A stretch of DNA of 64,000 bases from Schmidtea nova (lineage: Eukaryota). The notes beneath the pieces are model-generated. The model did not search any database, was not told the origin of the DNA, and worked only from the letters and a program-made list of their open reading frames with translations. The position numbers and the translations under genes are program-made. Every line of letters starts with the position of its first letter. The first letter of the stretch is position 1. Below are positions 48,718 to 62,139 of this stretch, piece after piece. The stretch is from positions 167,958,001 to 168,022,000 of the forward strand of contig CM097882.1 of assembly GCA_044892505.1 (NCBI GenBank), read 5' to 3'.

Positions 48718-50186
48718 GTACGATGTATCCAACGAAAGCAACAGACGAATTCTACTACCCGAAGAATTCCGCCAAAAATTCATCGAAAAGATCCACTCAA
48801 TTAATCATCCGGGAAACAAAACAACTTTCGAATTAATTCACAACAATTATATATGGCCTGACATGAGGAAAGAGGTAAAAATGTTTGTCAAAAGCTGCCA
48901 TAATTGCCAAATAAGCAAACCAACAAAGAAAATCAAAACAGAAAAAGTAAACTTTCCAAGTAGTCAACCCTTCGAGGTGATTCACATAGACATAGTAGGA
49001 CCGTTACCACCAAACAGCGGGTACAACTACTTACTAACAATCATCGACAGAAAGACAAACTGGTTTGAAATCGTCCCATTAAAAGAAATATCCGCACAAA
49101 ATATATGTAACAACATCGAACTAAATTGGATAGCCCGCTACGGACAACCCAAAATACCAATAACAGATCAAGGGAGGCATTTTGAATCAGAAACATTCAG
49201 CACTATGTAAAAAATATGAAATAAAACGGAATCGAACAACCGCTTACAACCCACAAGCGAACGGAAAAGTCTAAAGACTGCATAGAACGCTTAAACAAAG
49301 CATCCGAACCAAAGCGAATGACAGAAATTGGTTGTCTGAACTACCGACAATCTTAATGGGACTAAGGAACACACCAAACTCAATAGAAAATGAAAGTCCA
49401 GCATACAAAGTATTTGGCAGAGAATCAAATCTCCCAACAATACAAAACAATACAACAGAAAACGCAGAAACCAACAAACAAGCAACCAACACAAACAACG
49501 AAAGAGCTGAAAAGAAATTAAAAGGAATCCTAAAAAAGAGAGCGAACTCTGAAATGGACGGAAAAGTAATTCTAACGACAGACTACGTATTAATCAAAAA
49601 GCCCTTCACCAAAGGTTTCGAACCAAAATACGAAGGCCTATTCAAATTGCTAGAAATTAATAAAAATGTTGCAACAATAATAAAAGACAACATCAAAATA
49701 AGAATCAATCTAAGACGGATAAAACCGTATCACAACAATCAAAACATCTCAAACAACCCCACAAAAACTAAAAGCACCGACACAAACAAAAACACAACCA
49801 AACCACAAACACATCTCATTCAACTCCAAAAACTCAATAAAACTGTTCGATAAGGACACAATAATCACACCCCTTTACAAAAAACGCTACAGCAATTGCC
49901 TCAAGTAAAAAAGCACAAACATACATAAGCAAAACACAGGCACAACATAGTTATTTGTACAGATTTTTATTTTATTTTTGTAAATACGTAATGTTTGGCG
50001 TTAAGTTGTAAACAAAACTAAACAAAACAAAACAAAACAGAAAAAAAGGTTTCAAGTTATAGTTATAAAAAATGTAAATTTGGTGTGAACTGTGAGTGTG
50101 AACTGTGAGTGTGTTCCGAACACGAGTTTTAATTGTTTTTCCTCGTTCGTTAAAATGTCAACCTCCAGTTTTAAAGGGGGAAGTTG

Positions 50187-51114
50187 TGTAGTGTACAGAA
50201 AGGTTTGAAATAGTTGTTGCGTGACTGATATAAGTAGTGTTTTGGGTACGGAAACCCCCTTTATTGTTCGTGTGGTCGCCGAGTTAATTGTAGTGGCTTT
50301 AGTTGAGACCATAATTGTTTTAGAGTGTAGTTATTATAATTGTTATAATTATTTATAATTCAAAATTTTTTGAATTTGGCTTACTATAGCAAATGCTATA
50401 GTAAGCCAAATCACAAATAAATATTATAGATTTTTTTTATAAATTTATAAATATCTGAAGCAAACTAAGAACGATAGACAGTTAAGAATTTTTTTAATTA
50501 ATCTTGGAAATTAAACAACTTATCAACAAATTACTAAATATAAAGCGTACGCTGAAACTGAATATCAATCAAAAGACTAGATCGGAATCAGAAGTTTGCC
50601 TAGACCAATTTATCACAAACATTCAGTTCCTATGAATACTTCCATAGATAAAAAGATAGTAGATATCACCCCAAACACTCCATAAATAACATTCCACAAA
50701 TAACAGACTTTGAATTTGAGTTAGAGGATTGTCAAAATTCAGTCCCTACGAAGCTTTCAATAGATAAAAGACAGTAGATAAAGTAAAGTAAATTAAAGTA
50801 ATTTTGTATAGTTGTGTTGTGATAACTTTTATTGTGATAACAATTTAATTGATAATATTTGCTTGATTTTATTATTTTGATTTTACTGTTTTCGCATCAC
50901 ATAGCATACACCCCGAGTGTCTGCACACAATTATCGCAAGACTCTCTCGAACGCTTACATTTCTCTTTGTACATACTTACAAACACCATATAAACAGTAA
51001 AAGACTCATATATTAACAATATATAGGTATATCTAATTATAATAAAACGTTCAACCTAACATACTAAATAATAACAGACTCTAAAGACATTCAAAACAAG
51101 TAAATTGTAACCTT

Positions 51115-51118
<4 letters not shown>
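50187..51118 (+). repeat. 3' LTR (932 bp)
   Basis: Direct repeat of 41692-42623. Confidence 0.93.

Positions 51119-51201
<83 letters not shown>
51119..51201. repeat. (TA)n right of the Gypsy
   Basis: Pure run abutting the LTR. Confidence 0.95.
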
Positions 51202-51202
<1 letters not shown>

Positions 51203-51204
<2 letters not shown>

Positions 51205-51590
51205 ATGACAATGGTACAATCTTGGCCAGTAACTCCATTTTGTAATAGTATCTAAAAAATCCACCTCGGCCGATAATTGCCGAACAAAGGCTCGTCTTTG
51301 CTTTCGGCTTCAGGCGCCAATACGGTACTTCTTGAGCTGTACTGTTGAGTTGCATGTGCTTTTATTGGTGTCCGTGGTACTTACAGAAGCTGCTAGTTGA
51401 GTAATACTGTTGTCAGTAATGGAATTTGTCAGAGGGCTAATCTATTTGTCGTAGGTGATTGGATGGATTTTTACCCTCAGATTTCCATCAACAAATTATC
51501 TCAATATTAATTTTTGGATTCTTGAGCTAGATCTTAACTGAGTTCTCGAAATATATTGTGCAGAATATATATATTTGGATTGGCATTTTT
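51203..51590 (-). pseudogene. Decayed paralogue of the orphan ORF at 32712-33326
   Basis: FVDGNLRVKIHPITYDK* versus FIDRELKQLIRPITYQHW; IGA*SRKQRR versus MGARQRR; SAEVDFL versus SAADEDFL. Confidence 0.5.
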
Positions 51591-51839
51591 TTAATAATTA
51601 TTTTAGTACCATGTTTGTTGTGTTATGTATTAATTTAAATTATAAGTTTTAATTTGTTGTTAATGTTATATTTTTTGTAATCATTAAGTTTCTATTTGTA
51701 ATTAATAAAAAATATTTTGAATCATAATTTTGTTTGTTCTAACTCTATTCAAATTGATTTTCCCGACTATATAGATGGACAAATTCATAAATTAACAGAG
51801 TCGTTTCGAGTATAAACCTTCTATCGGTAGCATGAACTC

Positions 51840-52135
51840 GAAAGAGAGGATACAATGAGAAGTAGTTTTGGCAACGAATTTCACTGCTCACTGTATTCCG
51901 TCACCGTGTAAATTACCAACATAGTTTACCAAGGAGTAACTATGGGTACACGAGTGAGGTAGTATTAACAATATTCATAATGGTGCGTGGGTTGCTGTAT
52001 ACCTTATGACAATAAATTTTTAACAGACTATACGCCAACAAAAGTCAATGCAGTGTAAAGTAGTTTCAGTTTCGAAGCTCACCTGCTCACTGGTTTTCAT
52101 TCTACTGTATACAGTACCAACATAATTACCGGAGA
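51840..52135 (+). repeat. LTR-like repeat (one long and one partial copy), homologous to 4809-5010
   Basis: Shared CTGCTCAC...TACCAACATA motif block. Confidence 0.5.
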
Positions 52136-52820
52136 GTAATAATGATTTATAAGAGTGATAATAGTTGCATTTCATGATGGTGTCTACACTACAATGACAC
52201 TGACAACAACAAAAATTAAACAAGCCATACATCAACAGTATTCTACTTTTATAAATTTTTATATTTAAAATTTCATTTAAAAAATTCTTTAATTGGAATT
52301 AGTAATTACTTATCTTAGACGAAAGTTCTTGCGATCATTAACTCTTTCTATAATAGAGTAATTTATTTAAAAATGTAATTTTATAAACGCATATGAAAAC
52401 TAATTAATTTTAATTAACTTTCTTCCATGAAAAGTATTTCCATCAAAAAAAATCTAAAAATTATTGAGTTTAAAAATTACTAAGTTTGTATTATTAAAAC
52501 AAACATTCCATATTTTTGAAACGTTTTTTAATTCAGCCTATAACCTCTGAGACGTATCTCATCGCAGAAACTTAAAAAACTTAATTATAAAACAATATGG
52601 AATCTGAAAGAAACTTTCAAACTGAAATTGAGCCTGAAAATCACAAAACAAATATTACTAATAGAGGATGAAATAGAGCACAACCATATTCAAAGAGATT
52701 AATTAGAGCGTCATTTTGATGTATTTTTAAATTTTTGAGAATCAACCAATAAAATAAATTTAAATCAATAATTTTCATATTAATTATTGTATGACTTCAG
52801 ATCCAATTCTTTTTATTTGT

Positions 52821-52935
52821 TAGATACATGATATTTCGGCACAGCCTTTATCAAGTGTGTAATTGATATTTGAAGGTTTAAAATCATTAATATATAAAAT
52901 GATCCAAGGTGAAGCCAAAAGAAAATTATGATAAT
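52821..52935. repeat. Palindromic-family copy that lost one arm (left arm plus tail)
   Basis: ATATTTCGGCACAGCCTTTATCAAGTGTGT followed by GATCCAAGGTGAA...AATTATGATA. Confidence 0.75.
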
Positions 52936-55900
52936 AAACTAAATGTTTTTTTCCAAGGTCTTCACCATAAATAAGTTTTGGTAATCTTCATACAAAAACA
53001 ATTGACTCAGCATGAGTTACAGTGACTGAAGTGACAATACTGTACGAGACAATAAAAGTATATGGTAGCTTAGTATACTGAGTCTTATAAAAATTCATAT
53101 AAAACAAATTAAATGTTGCTAGTCTAAAAATAATTGAAAATAAAAAAATTTTAAATTCAAATAACTTTTATATAATTGCAACGATTCAAAGTATTATAAA
53201 TTTAGGCGTGGTACATGTCTTAAAATTATTTCTTTATTATTCAATGACAATTTAATTTATTTTATTTTAATTAAATTAAACTTATTTATTCAGTATTATC
53301 GAAAAAATAAAATTTCAAAATTAGTTATATTTTAGCTAAATTTTAAAAGATAAATAGAAAATAAAATCCATATAAAACAAATATTGAAAATAACAAATTT
53401 AATATATAATAATGGAAAGTAAAACAACTGATAGACATTTAATTATCAAAAAATCTTGCTTTAGAAATAAAAACAATATGGTTAATTTTTGATATAATAC
53501 TTGCCTCTAAAATTACTTTCATCTATTAAAATCGCTAATTAAAAAATAGATATCCCGCTTTTATAAAAGACTAATAAATTAGTTGAAATGTATGCGTCTA
53601 ATTTTTTGTTTTAAATTTAATTATTTTCAAGCTCAATTAATCTAGTGTTTTTAATTTACATACTTCAACTTTTTTCAACTGTTATGACAACAGACCAACT
53701 TTTCTCAATGTTTTGAATTCTGAATCCATATAATTCTAAAAATTAAATTTCTTTTCATTATAAACAAAAAAGAAAAGCTCTCAGTTCTAAAATAGTTCAA
53801 ATTTTATGGAAAATAAAGTTTACCATATTTATCATTGATCGAATGTCATTGAATATATATTTTTTTCAAAGAATTTTTAGATGACAATAGATCAGTAAAT
53901 TGATTGTGCAAAATTTATTAAAATATATTAATTTTAAATTTGATTATGTTTGATTAAATTTTAAAATTTTATCTTTACTCAAATACAAATATTGGATTTT
54001 AAAATGTTTTATTTACTTATTTTAAGAGTACCCATGTCAGTTATCGCTCAAATGAGTTTTGATTAAATTTTTGAAATGTGCTTGTTTAAATATGTTTTAT
54101 CGTTAACATTTTTAATTTTTCGGAATAAATATAAATCTTCTATTTTTTTAAATATTTCTTCTCGATTAAAAATCAAAAAAAATTTTAAAATTTTTTATCC
54201 TTTCTAAGATTTAATTTTTTCCCCTATTATTGTTTGTATTCTATATTGTAATTTTCTAACCCTTTATATTTGAATTTTAAAATTAATTTAATTATATCTC
54301 TTTGAAATGCCCTTATATTTTCTGTATTTTCTCTTTTCCTCCCTTTTTTTTCTTTTCTCTTCCTTCTTTGTTAGACAACATGTTTTTAACAAGGTAGTAA
54401 GTGGGCGATTTCGCTAACTTCCTCTTCAGAGTTAATTTTTGGTTGTTTGTCTCAAATGAGAATAATTTCTTATAGCCCACAGAAAAAGTACATAAGAGCA
54501 TACATCAAAAATGAACAAGCAGTAAAAATATGAAACCATACAATAAAAACAACCAAATTTAATACAAAGATTTATTCAATTAAAAGTCTAAGAAAGCATG
54601 ATAACCACTGAAATATATTAAAATCTGAATCTTGATCTTCTGATTTTTAGATTTTCTAAGTCACATCCTATCTGTCTATATTCACAATTAATTTTTTGAG
54701 CCCACCTAATTGCCTTTTACTTTTGTTAATTTTTTTACCATGTGTTACAAAACCATTATCAAAAAATTTTAAATAATTAATTAAGCGCTGCATTTAAATT
54801 GCTTTTTTTACATGTTATCACTGCATTTCAGAAAATAAATGCCTTCATTATTTCTTAATAAAATTATGTTAGATATTTTGATAGCTAATAAATTAGATTA
54901 AGGTGAAATAAAAGCCATTTAAATAAAAGTCGTATTGTAAAATTAATTCAAAGGAAATCTGTGTACATAATTGAAAAAATGGTTTTTATTAAAAAAACAT
55001 ATTTTTTCCTTTATTTTAATGTCCATATTTAATTATAGCATAAAAGATCTTTAAAATTGCATTTCGAAAACCGATATTTATAAATTAAATATGTTTATTT
55101 GATCAAGGCCATAGTTCTTGGATTTAATTATATCACACTTTTGATTCACAAACACATACTACACTTGAAACAACTCAATGATCTTCTTTCTATCCTTTCT
55201 GGTATTTCAGAAGATCTTTTTTATAAAGATAAAAAAATTATTAGAAATCAATAAAAATCATTATCTCCAAAGTATTCAATGGCAAAGAAGATTTTGACTC
55301 TTGCTACGATTTTTATTAATAAATACTTTGTTATTTAAATTTTTTAATCTTCTTTAACTTTGATATTTTGATTATTTTTACTAAACATTTAAAAAATTTG
55401 AAAAAGGATTTTTAAAAATGATTTTTTATTTTATTTTCAATTGAATATTCCAACGAGAAATATTTATATTTGAGTAAAAATAAAACGAATTAAATTTAAA
55501 AAAAACAAAAGTTAAAAAAATGAACAAAAAAATTCTTCGAAAATAAATTATGACTATTAAGTGGATTGGCAAAGGCCGTAAGTCGATGGCTGGTTGTAAA
55601 TAACATCCGACGCTGACAGCTTAAATAACGGATACAAATAAATTCACTCGCGCCTTAGAATGATTAATTACAATAATTTCTAGCAAAACAAGTGTAAACA
55701 AGAATGAATCAATTTTTAGCCTCAATAGGCTACGCCATAACCGTTACGGTATGTAGTGATTCGTTTTTAGTTTCTATTTTGAAGCCAAATTAGTTTTTTT
55801 TTAAATAAATAACAATATAGAACTGAATCTAACAATAAATTCTATTAAGATAATGTATTTTTACAATAAGATTTGACTTATATTGGTAAAATTTTCAATA

Positions 55901-56751
55901 TTTGACACACATTAATTAAGGGCCCCATGCGTACACACATTCAATTGCCAGAGTAAATACACACAGACAGAAGCAGAAAACTACAAAATTATTATTATAA
56001 ATAAAAACCATTTCGTTAGATTCAGGAACTTTATAATGTTCCCAAAATTAAATATAGAGAACTTTTTCTAACTCTGCTGTTGTTGTTATCGACTTGTATA
56101 TTGTATACCATTGATATGTATAATACACACAATGACACACAAGCACATTTAATGTATACGATGGTAAAAGTTTAGTGAATAATTTTAAATGCTCAGTTGA
56201 CGACTACTACAGCATTCGACTAATAAGAAATTTTATACCGACTGTGTGTTGGTAAAGGGATAGAGAAAGCTCATAATTTGATGAGGATTAATACACAGAG
56301 CTACTTTATCAAATAGACACACATACACACAATGAAAATTGAAAATTTCTTTCTCATTACATTTATTACATTTATTGCTTATAATTTCTTCTACATATAA
56401 TATCATGTACAATATATAGCATCGTTATGGTGTTTTTATTGATTAAGTAATCAATAAACATGATTATTGTGCAAACATAATATATTCTACATCACTTATT
56501 GGATATTCTTCTCAATTCCCGGAATCATCGTTGTGTGTGTTGGCATATCAGTTTATCAAGAGTAACAATGTATAATGAGTGTAAATTGCTTACTGCTTTA
56601 AATGTTATTATTGAAATTGATTCACAACTTATTTCTTTTCCTAATAATTTCCCCATCTACTACTACTAAAGTGTGATTAAATTTTTCTAACCAATATAAT
56701 TGTGGAAAATTAACTTGATTCTCTCAAATATTTCACAACTTATTCAATCCG

Positions 56752-57149
56752 ATGAGATACAACGAATACGGTTCGACGGCAATTATTAAAAATGACGAAA
56801 AGAGTTCCGATCAATCATCGACATCGAGTGTTTCCGAAGAAAACGACAATGCCGTTTTTGATAATGGAAATATTGACGGAAATTGCCGATATCATTGTCA
56901 ACGGAAAGAAAATCAATCGGACTGTTTTGCAAGTCCTTACATGCCATCAAACAATGCCAATCAACGAGGTATTCTGACAACTGTGATGAGTATTGATGAT
57001 GGATCTAAAACAACGTCAATGCGATCACTGGCTAAAAGGACAATAAATCTCAGTTTTCCCGGAATGCAAACATCAACATCAAAGTCTTTGTTTATTTTTT
57101 CCGAAGAAAATGTCATTAGAAAATATGCCAAAATTATTATCGAATGGGG
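56752..57149 (+). CDS. Cav2: Voltage-gated calcium channel alpha1, Cav2-type (CACNA1A/B/E, cacophony, unc-2 family), exon 1
   Basis: In-frame stop at 56716 upstream of the ATG; SLFIFSEENVIRKYAKIIIEWG matches the Cav2 pre-IS1 motif [22 protein letters not shown]. Confidence 0.92.
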
Positions 57150-58581
57150 ATATCCTTTTATCAAGTTTTAAGCTTAATAATTTTTATATAGGTCATAGAA
57201 ATTAGGCGAATAAAATAATTAATATTTTTTTGGATCATAGAAAATAAGATAAATTAAAAAATTAATTAAAATTACTATTTCAAAAGTAATAGAATTTTAG
57301 CTTTAATTTACAATGTTTAACAATTAAAATTTTGAAGATTTACGACTAAAATTGGCAACAAGTCAAAATGACAAAAATTATTAATAAATACATATTTTAC
57401 ATTAAATACAATTTATTTAAAAAATTCTAAATTAAAATTCTTCAGAAATTTATGGAACTTAATTTCTTTAATATAATATAATAAAATATGAAAATAACTA
57501 TTTTAATTCAATCAATTTTTAATAGCATAAGCTAAAAATTAATTAATGAAATTAAACAATATATAATTTTTTTATCCTTTTCGTTCTGTGACACCTTAGT
57601 TGTTTTTAACAAGTTCTAGTGACTCTTAATCATAAGTTGAAGCTTTTTGAAAATAATTTGAGAAAGCACGTTTATTATTGAAAATATTTAATCAAACAAT
57701 TTTTGGGTTGTGACTCACAGAAAAAGAGCTAATGCACCATTAATATTTAACTTTTACTACTAAAATAGCTGTATTTAAAACCGTTAACTATATCATTTAC
57801 TTTAAATAACATATTTTAATTAATTTTCTTTGATAATTTAATTAAAATATTTTCTAAAATTTTACAATTAAGTATTTATGATACTAAAAAGACTTGAATT
57901 TCAAGGATAAATTCAGGACTTTACAGAGGAAATCCGAGGCTCGTAACTACTACCATTTTTGAGACCCTTCAAAATTTAAAATAAAGCAGGGACAAGAAAA
58001 TAATAACAATGACATTTAATGTTTATTCAATTAGGAAATTCGTTAATTTCACACAAAGGCTTTGAGGGCTTAGTCATTAGCAAATTCAGTTATTATTTCA
58101 GAATAATCTAAATTACTCGCTATCTGATAATTAATGTGTCGCCAGTCCATTCTTGACACATTATCGATTGTTGAAATATTTTAATTCTTTTCAGAACAGT
58201 AAATGATCTTTTTTAAACAATTGTATTATTGCAAGAATTGTATAAAATATAAATTATATTTTTTTCCTAATATATCCAAAATTAAATTGAGACCTGCGAT
58301 AGACGTTTCTCTTTTCCCCCATGCTTAACAATGAATATAATGATATTTATATTGTATTCAAATAGGAGAAAAAATATTAACTATCAATGAAAAAAATAAA
58401 ATAATAAAATATTTTTTTGTTATTTTTGTGTAATAAATATATTAAAACGAAGCCAAACAAACTTTTATTATAATTAAACAAACTTCAAGATTTTTTTTTC
58501 AATTTTAAAATTAATTCATAAATTGTGACCACTATTTTAAAATTGATGATTTTGAAATTTTAAAAAATTATTAATAGCTTC

Positions 58582-58660
58582 AAATTAATTAATAAATAAG
58601 TAACAAAATAAGCCTTTTTGCAGCAAAGGCTTATTTTGTTACTTATTTATTAATTAATTT
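58582..58660. repeat. Near-perfect palindrome
   Basis: AAATTAATTAATAAATAAGTAACAAAATAAGCCTTT arms, centre near 58622. Confidence 0.85.
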
Positions 58661-59061
58661 AATACTTAATGCTGCTACCAAGGAATCACCATTTTATACT
58701 ATTAATAGCTTCGTTTCAATTTTTTTATCAAAATCTTTAAAAAAATATTTTTAACAATAAGTGATTAGGATACTCTCAAATTATGTTTTGTTTAGAACTT
58801 TATCAAATCACTGGCACCAGGGCAAGTGTCAGTAGCGTGAAATGTGACCGGCGTCGATCGATAGTCTTTTTTAACCCTTGTTTATATTCAATTAATTTCA
58901 ATTATCTGATTTACACATGAACAATTTGTTCATTGTGTGAAAAGGATTACATGATTATTTTTTAACTGTATTTACTATTCATGAAAAAATAGTTGATACT
59001 TATTTTAATTTTTTATTAAAATTATTATTTACATGCAGCGGTCACTCTATACACTCTATAC

Positions 59062-59178
59062 TAATTTTGTTTATTCAAAAAATACTTAATAAAATTTATA
59101 TCGATTTTGTCCCTATAGAGTCTATAGGGACAAAATCGATATAAATTTTATTAAGTATTTTTTGAATTAACAAAATTA
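59062..59178. repeat. Palindrome, 58-bp arms, one mismatch, 1-nt centre at 59120
   Basis: ...GTCCCTATAGA-G-TCTATAGGGAC... Confidence 0.9.
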
Positions 59179-62139
59179 TTTAATATAAATAATATAAACA
59201 AAGTTAATTAAAGAATAAATAATATAGAATATTTCGTTTGATACAAAAAATCAGTTTTGTAGGGAAATATTTAAACAAAATTAGCCTTAACTTTTGTGAT
59301 TACATCGAGTATTCACAAAATGTACATGCTTGTTCTTAACAAGCTTGATGAAATTAATTCCAATTATTCATGGGCACTCGCACATAGGGGCAAAAATGGG
59401 TACTAATTCCCCTGGAAAATTAAAAAAAAATTTTAAAATAAAATTTGTTCAGTTTTTAATAAATATACTATTGGCATATAATGATGTCAAATATCTAAAT
59501 TTTGAGTGCGAACGATTTTAAAAAAATTATTTTCAGAATTTCAAATTTTTTTATCAATGTTAAAATGTTATGGAAACAGAGTGCAGTAAAGAAGCCAGGA
59601 ATCGAAATACATTTTGGGAATCCCTAAAATCGATTTTTGATTTGTCCTCGTTGAAAAAAATTCTGAAGGAGTCCATTTTGTTTTATACATTTTTAAAAAT
59701 TAATTATTCATTTGGTAAGTAGAACTGTGTGCTTATAATAATATTTTTGATTTAAGTTATTTTTTACAATAAATTCTTTTTATTATTATAATATTAATTT
59801 CTACGTTACGAATTTCCAACATTCTACTACTCTAATTTAAAAAAATACTATTATTTTTGATATTTAACTAGGGTGCCAAAACATTGCTTACAACTTTGAC
59901 AACATAAACACTTTAATTTTTCATTGTATTTATAATTTTTCGAGTTATAATTAAAATCAGCTTTTCTTGATTTTTATGTTTACCCTTTTGAGAGTTTCTA
60001 TTTGTTTTCAATAAAAAATAATATTTCATTAATGCATTCAAATAATTTATGTAATCAAATTCAGTCATCCATTCTCCAACTAATGTAATTTGAGCGCCGA
60101 AAAAGATTTATACAATTAAATATAAATATTCTTTCATTTTTTTCAAGCGGTTATTTGTTTGAAATTTTGAAACACATAAATAAATGGGACCGCTTTTGTT
60201 GTATTTTCCATGTTCTCGTTCAAAATTAGATTTATTGAAATTTAATCACAATGATTCATATAATAAAAGTTGCATTTATTATTAAAACAAGTCAAAATAC
60301 TGGAAAATGAATTTATATTTTCCTTTTATAATTTTGATTTGCATATAAAATAACTTATTAACTAGGAGAATTTCAGTCACAACTTCCTTTCAAAAGACGA
60401 TGAATTATAATAAATTGATTTGTTTTTGTTTTTTAGATGAATCTTTTTCTTTCTAAAATATTTTTGCAAGTTATTCTTCAGTTGAAATTAGCCATTCATT
60501 TGTAAATTATTAATAATGAAATGAAGAATAATAATTACTTTATATAATTTGTTTTGATTCCCACCTTCTTCATGTTAAATTTTGATAATTGCCTATTGTG
60601 AAAATAGTTATGATAAATATTTTAATATTTAGCTTTTCATCTTGACCTCTATTTATTTGTGGTGAAATAGACAATACTATTGTGCTACCATGTAAATATT
60701 TTAAAATTCCAGCAGCTTGTAAATAATTGTAAATAATTGTAAATAATTGTAATAATTCACTGTACACAAATAATTTTTTAAATATTTATTGTTTAAAAGT
60801 GTTTAAAATAAATAAAAAATTAGATAGCTAATAAATAGACTTACTATTATTCTTTAAATTTTAAAATTAATGTTTCGTTATTTTTTATATTATTGCTTAA
60901 TTATAAAAACCCATCGTCAAGTTAAATTAAAAAAAATCATTTTAATTATTTATTTTTTTATTAAAATAAATAAAATTATTTAACTAAGTTAGTAAAATAT
61001 TATTAATGAAATTTTTACTTTAAAGATAAACGTACTGTACAGCGTGTTCTAAGAAATTCATTATTTATTCCGTTGTTATAAATTTTAGAAACTGTGCATG
61101 TTTTACGACGCTAGACAGAGGTTTAAAAATAACGACTAGATATTGTAATTCTGATTTGTATAATGTTAGGGAAAAATAATAATAAATAATAAATTAATTA
61201 TCTAACCATGTCACTGTGATCTTTTGGTTTGATGAATGATGTGGAAATATTTGTGTGACTACTGATACGTTCAATTTCAATGAATAAGTGCATTTGATAA
61301 AAATATATTATCGTTAATAGAGATATTTATTTATAGATTTTGTGAATTTTTTATTTATATGAATAACATTATACGTGTCCCACATAAAAGTTTAAATGTT
61401 TACTTATATCTAATTGATTTTTATGTGCTACAACATGAAATAAATGAACTGACTCATTCTTATGAGAAGGCAATATTGTAATAAAAACTTCTCAGAGGTA
61501 AAATAAAACACAAAATACCGTTTTGATGAATTTTATTTAAATTTCACACGAGGCGTCAATGAAATACATAGTTAGGTTATATTTGTTTCGTCGGTATCAA
61601 AAACTCACCCCTCGTGCTTTTTATGTAAATTGAACAAAGATAATACACAACACAATTAATTTATTAAAATAAAAAACAACTATTTGGCTTACAATACATT
61701 CAATAAAACTATCAAATTTGATTTACCGTTTCAATTAAATAAGATAGGTAACCCAAATGGAGACCATCTTTACGAGTATTTTTAAATAGTTTGATTTTAG
61801 ATTGGTTTTTTCGCCCTCTTTTCTATCGTCTTGTTTTATTTTTAAATTTCGTTGACCAAATAGAAATTCACATTAAATTACCACTCATTTTATATAAGTA
61901 ACAGACCAATACGATTATCGACCTGCTAAGCCAAATCAAGGAAACCGATCAACTAAAGCTCAGAGCTCCACAATTCAAATAATATCTTTTTCTGTAAATT
62001 AAATAATTAAACTAAATTGCTTTCTTTGGGTTGGCTGACTGACCGAGAATTCTACTATTTAATTAGATTTTTTTAATTTTGTTCATATCTGTTTCCCCGA
62101 GAAATTTTAATTTTTAGTTAATTTTTTGTACTTTATTTA

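Larger units (their letters stand above)
43987..49853 (+). pseudogene. Gypsy pol (PR-RT-RH-IN), multiple lesions, split by the hAT at 45919-48717
   Basis: DTGS, CGDYR, YLDD, TDCS, TDHK, HHCC, HIDIVGP, TDQG. Removing the hAT restores GVWYDVSNES. Confidence 0.92.
41692..51118 (+). mobile_element. Ty3/Gypsy retrotransposon, full length but coding-defective, with a nested hAT
   Basis: 932-bp TG..CA LTRs, PBS TGGTGTCAGAAG at 42626 (tRNA-Leu-like), PPT AAAGGGGGAAG before the 3' LTR. Confidence 0.95.

Noticed and set aside
13742-49498. Numerous short ORFs antisense to or overlapping transposase/gag/pol genes
   Set aside because: Antisense or alternate-frame shadows of the real TE ORFs.
59369-59677. 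hAT-like MITE starting CATGGGCACTCGC
   Set aside because: Right TIR is degenerate and there is no TSD.
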